This document shows, piece by piece, positions 62,191 through 64,000 of a stretch of 64,000 nucleotides of DNA (position 1 is the stretch's first letter; every line of letters begins with the position of its first letter). The DNA is from Magallana gigas (lineage: Eukaryota). The DNA is taken from NCBI RefSeq assembly GCF_963853765.1, contig NC_088854.1, positions 12,214,001-12,278,000 of the forward strand. Direction: 5' to 3'. The position numbers and the translations under genes were made by a program. The notes under the pieces were generated by a model. That model was not told the origin of the DNA. It did no database searches and saw only the letters and a list, made by a program, of their open reading frames with translations.

Positions 62191-64000
62191 CTATAAAAGG
62201 AAAAATTGAACATGTAAATACATGTATAACTGTAAATAAACTAAATAAAGATATATATTTATTTAAAATTTATGTCCACGAATCCACATAAATAATGCAA
62301 AAGTAGCACCGATTCTACTTGTTTCTGTCAAAGTGATAGACAATATCAATGGTAGTTGGTTTATACAACGACCACCCGACCACCCAACTGTTCTATCTAT
62401 TCTATCTAGTACTTCTATACCACTTGTAGTGTCCGAATATTGACGGGGCACGGCTCCATTGTCACCACGTAGTTTTTCACTTATCTACTCCCTTGATTAG
62501 GCAAGTAGGTTCAAGGTATTCGAGTGACCACATCCGAAAAATTTTGTCGGATTCTCCGGAAAAGTACAAGTTGGAATTTCAATGATCACTTTACTGTGGC
62601 TCAAAACCAGGTCAAAGGATTTTATATTCAAAGTTCAGATATTTCCGACTCCCACGCTTGCGACATTTAAGAATTTGAATAGGAAATTTCATGGTAGGAG
62701 ATATATGAATCTGCGCAAAATCTATGTGTAAAGTTTGTTTTGTTGCATTTCTGTTTTAATTTTTGTTATTTTCTAATAAAGAAATACGTTTAAGGGGATT
62801 ACTTGCCTAATGTTGGACGGATAAAAATTGAAGATCCAATTCAATAAACAAAACGTTACAGAAAAAATACATGTTAACAAATAGAGATTAATTTGTAAAA
62901 ATTAGTTAAATGATTTAAATACCCTTAAATGCAAATGTTGTGAGTTCAATGTCTAAGAACCTTGCTTTTTTCTATCAAGGGTTCGATGCGACCAAAACTT
63001 TCGGCAATGTCTGTTTTTCTTTTTCTTTTGTTAACATAATTGAAACAACTAAAGCTGAAAATTCCTTTTGCATAGATTCAAGTGAGTTAAAAAATATTCA
63101 AAATTTGAAATTTTTAAATTTTATTTTCAAACCAAAAGGCATTTTTGACATTCAAGTAGTTTGGGTTCTGCGACACTTTCATTCTCATCTCCTTTAAACA
63201 ATTATTTCAATGAACATCATAATACTACAGGAATGCACTCGAAGAAGTATTGATAGCTGTTATATATTGACTGATATAAACACATTTACATGTACAAAAG
63301 ATTATTTTGATTTCAAAAAAAAAATGCGCAATATATTTATTTTCCAGTTAATGAATAACCACATGGAATTAGTAAGCTTATATCAAGCCACACTAGGAAG
63401 TTAAAATACTTTCAACAGTGAATGGTCTGCTTTGTGCTTAATCCTAACAAATGCCCGACTAGGTGTTTGGATTCCAAGCGCGGGGTGCAGTTCGTAAGTA
63501 CCGGTCCCAATTTCCAAAGACCACATCATTAAACACCGTGGAAGTTAAAAGTCTCTGTCCATTCTATATCGACTATAGTCGATTTACTATCATGACATCG
63601 TTTAGCGTAACATAAACGGAAATACTTGCATTGTACGAAGCTACTCGACTGGAAAACTACCAGCTGGAGTTAGGAAAATTCTTGCTATAATCATTATCAT
63701 AATGGCTTGACAAAACTCTAGCAATTTGACCAGTTGATTAACTTCATAATTTGCTCAAACACTTATTTTGGTATTCGATATTATACGGATAAATGCGCAT
63801 AGAGGCATCAAAACGACCATCTTGGGCTTCCAATGGTTCACGATCGGCTTGAATAAACTAGACTTGGTCATTAGCCATATTGATTCCTCATCTATGATAG
63901 CATCTGCTTCGACAAGAATGATAATACCAATCAAATGCGTATGGAATTAACAGACCCATAATCGGATGACGAGCAAGGAAGGCCAATTTTGGTCACACTT

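Noticed and set aside
62263-62451. First exon of the Argos-like gene
   Set aside because: I could not identify an ATG plus signal peptide ending at a phase-0 donor, so the 5' end is left unassigned.
63768-64000. Possible exon at the window end
   Set aside because: Slightly GC-richer, but no recognisable product, and the context is truncated by the window edge.

Overview
AT-rich, intron-rich animal genomic DNA, most likely from a bivalve such as an oyster (inferred from the repeat types and gene content). Host genes: KIF4 chromokinesin (-, 3.8-21.2 kb), UBAC1 (-, 26.6-32.6 kb), an STPG3-like sperm-tail PG-repeat gene (+, 36.1-45.6 kb), a PhyH-family Fe(II)/2-oxoglutarate dioxygenase (+, 46.6-50.7 kb), an IgGFc-binding-domain secreted protein (-, 55-56.9 kb), an Argos/giant-lens-like cysteine-rich protein (-, 61-62.2 kb) and tRNA-Arg(TCG). 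The most interesting content is mobile DNA. There are three intron-containing Crypton-type tyrosine-recombinase (DUF3504-like) elements: two near-identical inverted copies with an intact 525-aa spliced ORF, and one diverged relative. Two short non-autonomous elements have the same end architecture. Each element starts with a long hairpin whose apex can form tandem sheared G.A pairs plus a GNA/GNNA mini-loop on one strand only, which suggests (inference) a folded single-stranded DNA substrate. Also present: an apparently intact 4-exon Zator transposon nested in a MITE inside a KIF4 intron, two Helentron-type (HINE) elements (one with a 3x~440 bp higher-order satellite), a foldback MULE-like element with a 9-bp target duplication that may split a coding exon, and several MITE families. 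All exon models and alignments were read by eye; no database search was possible.
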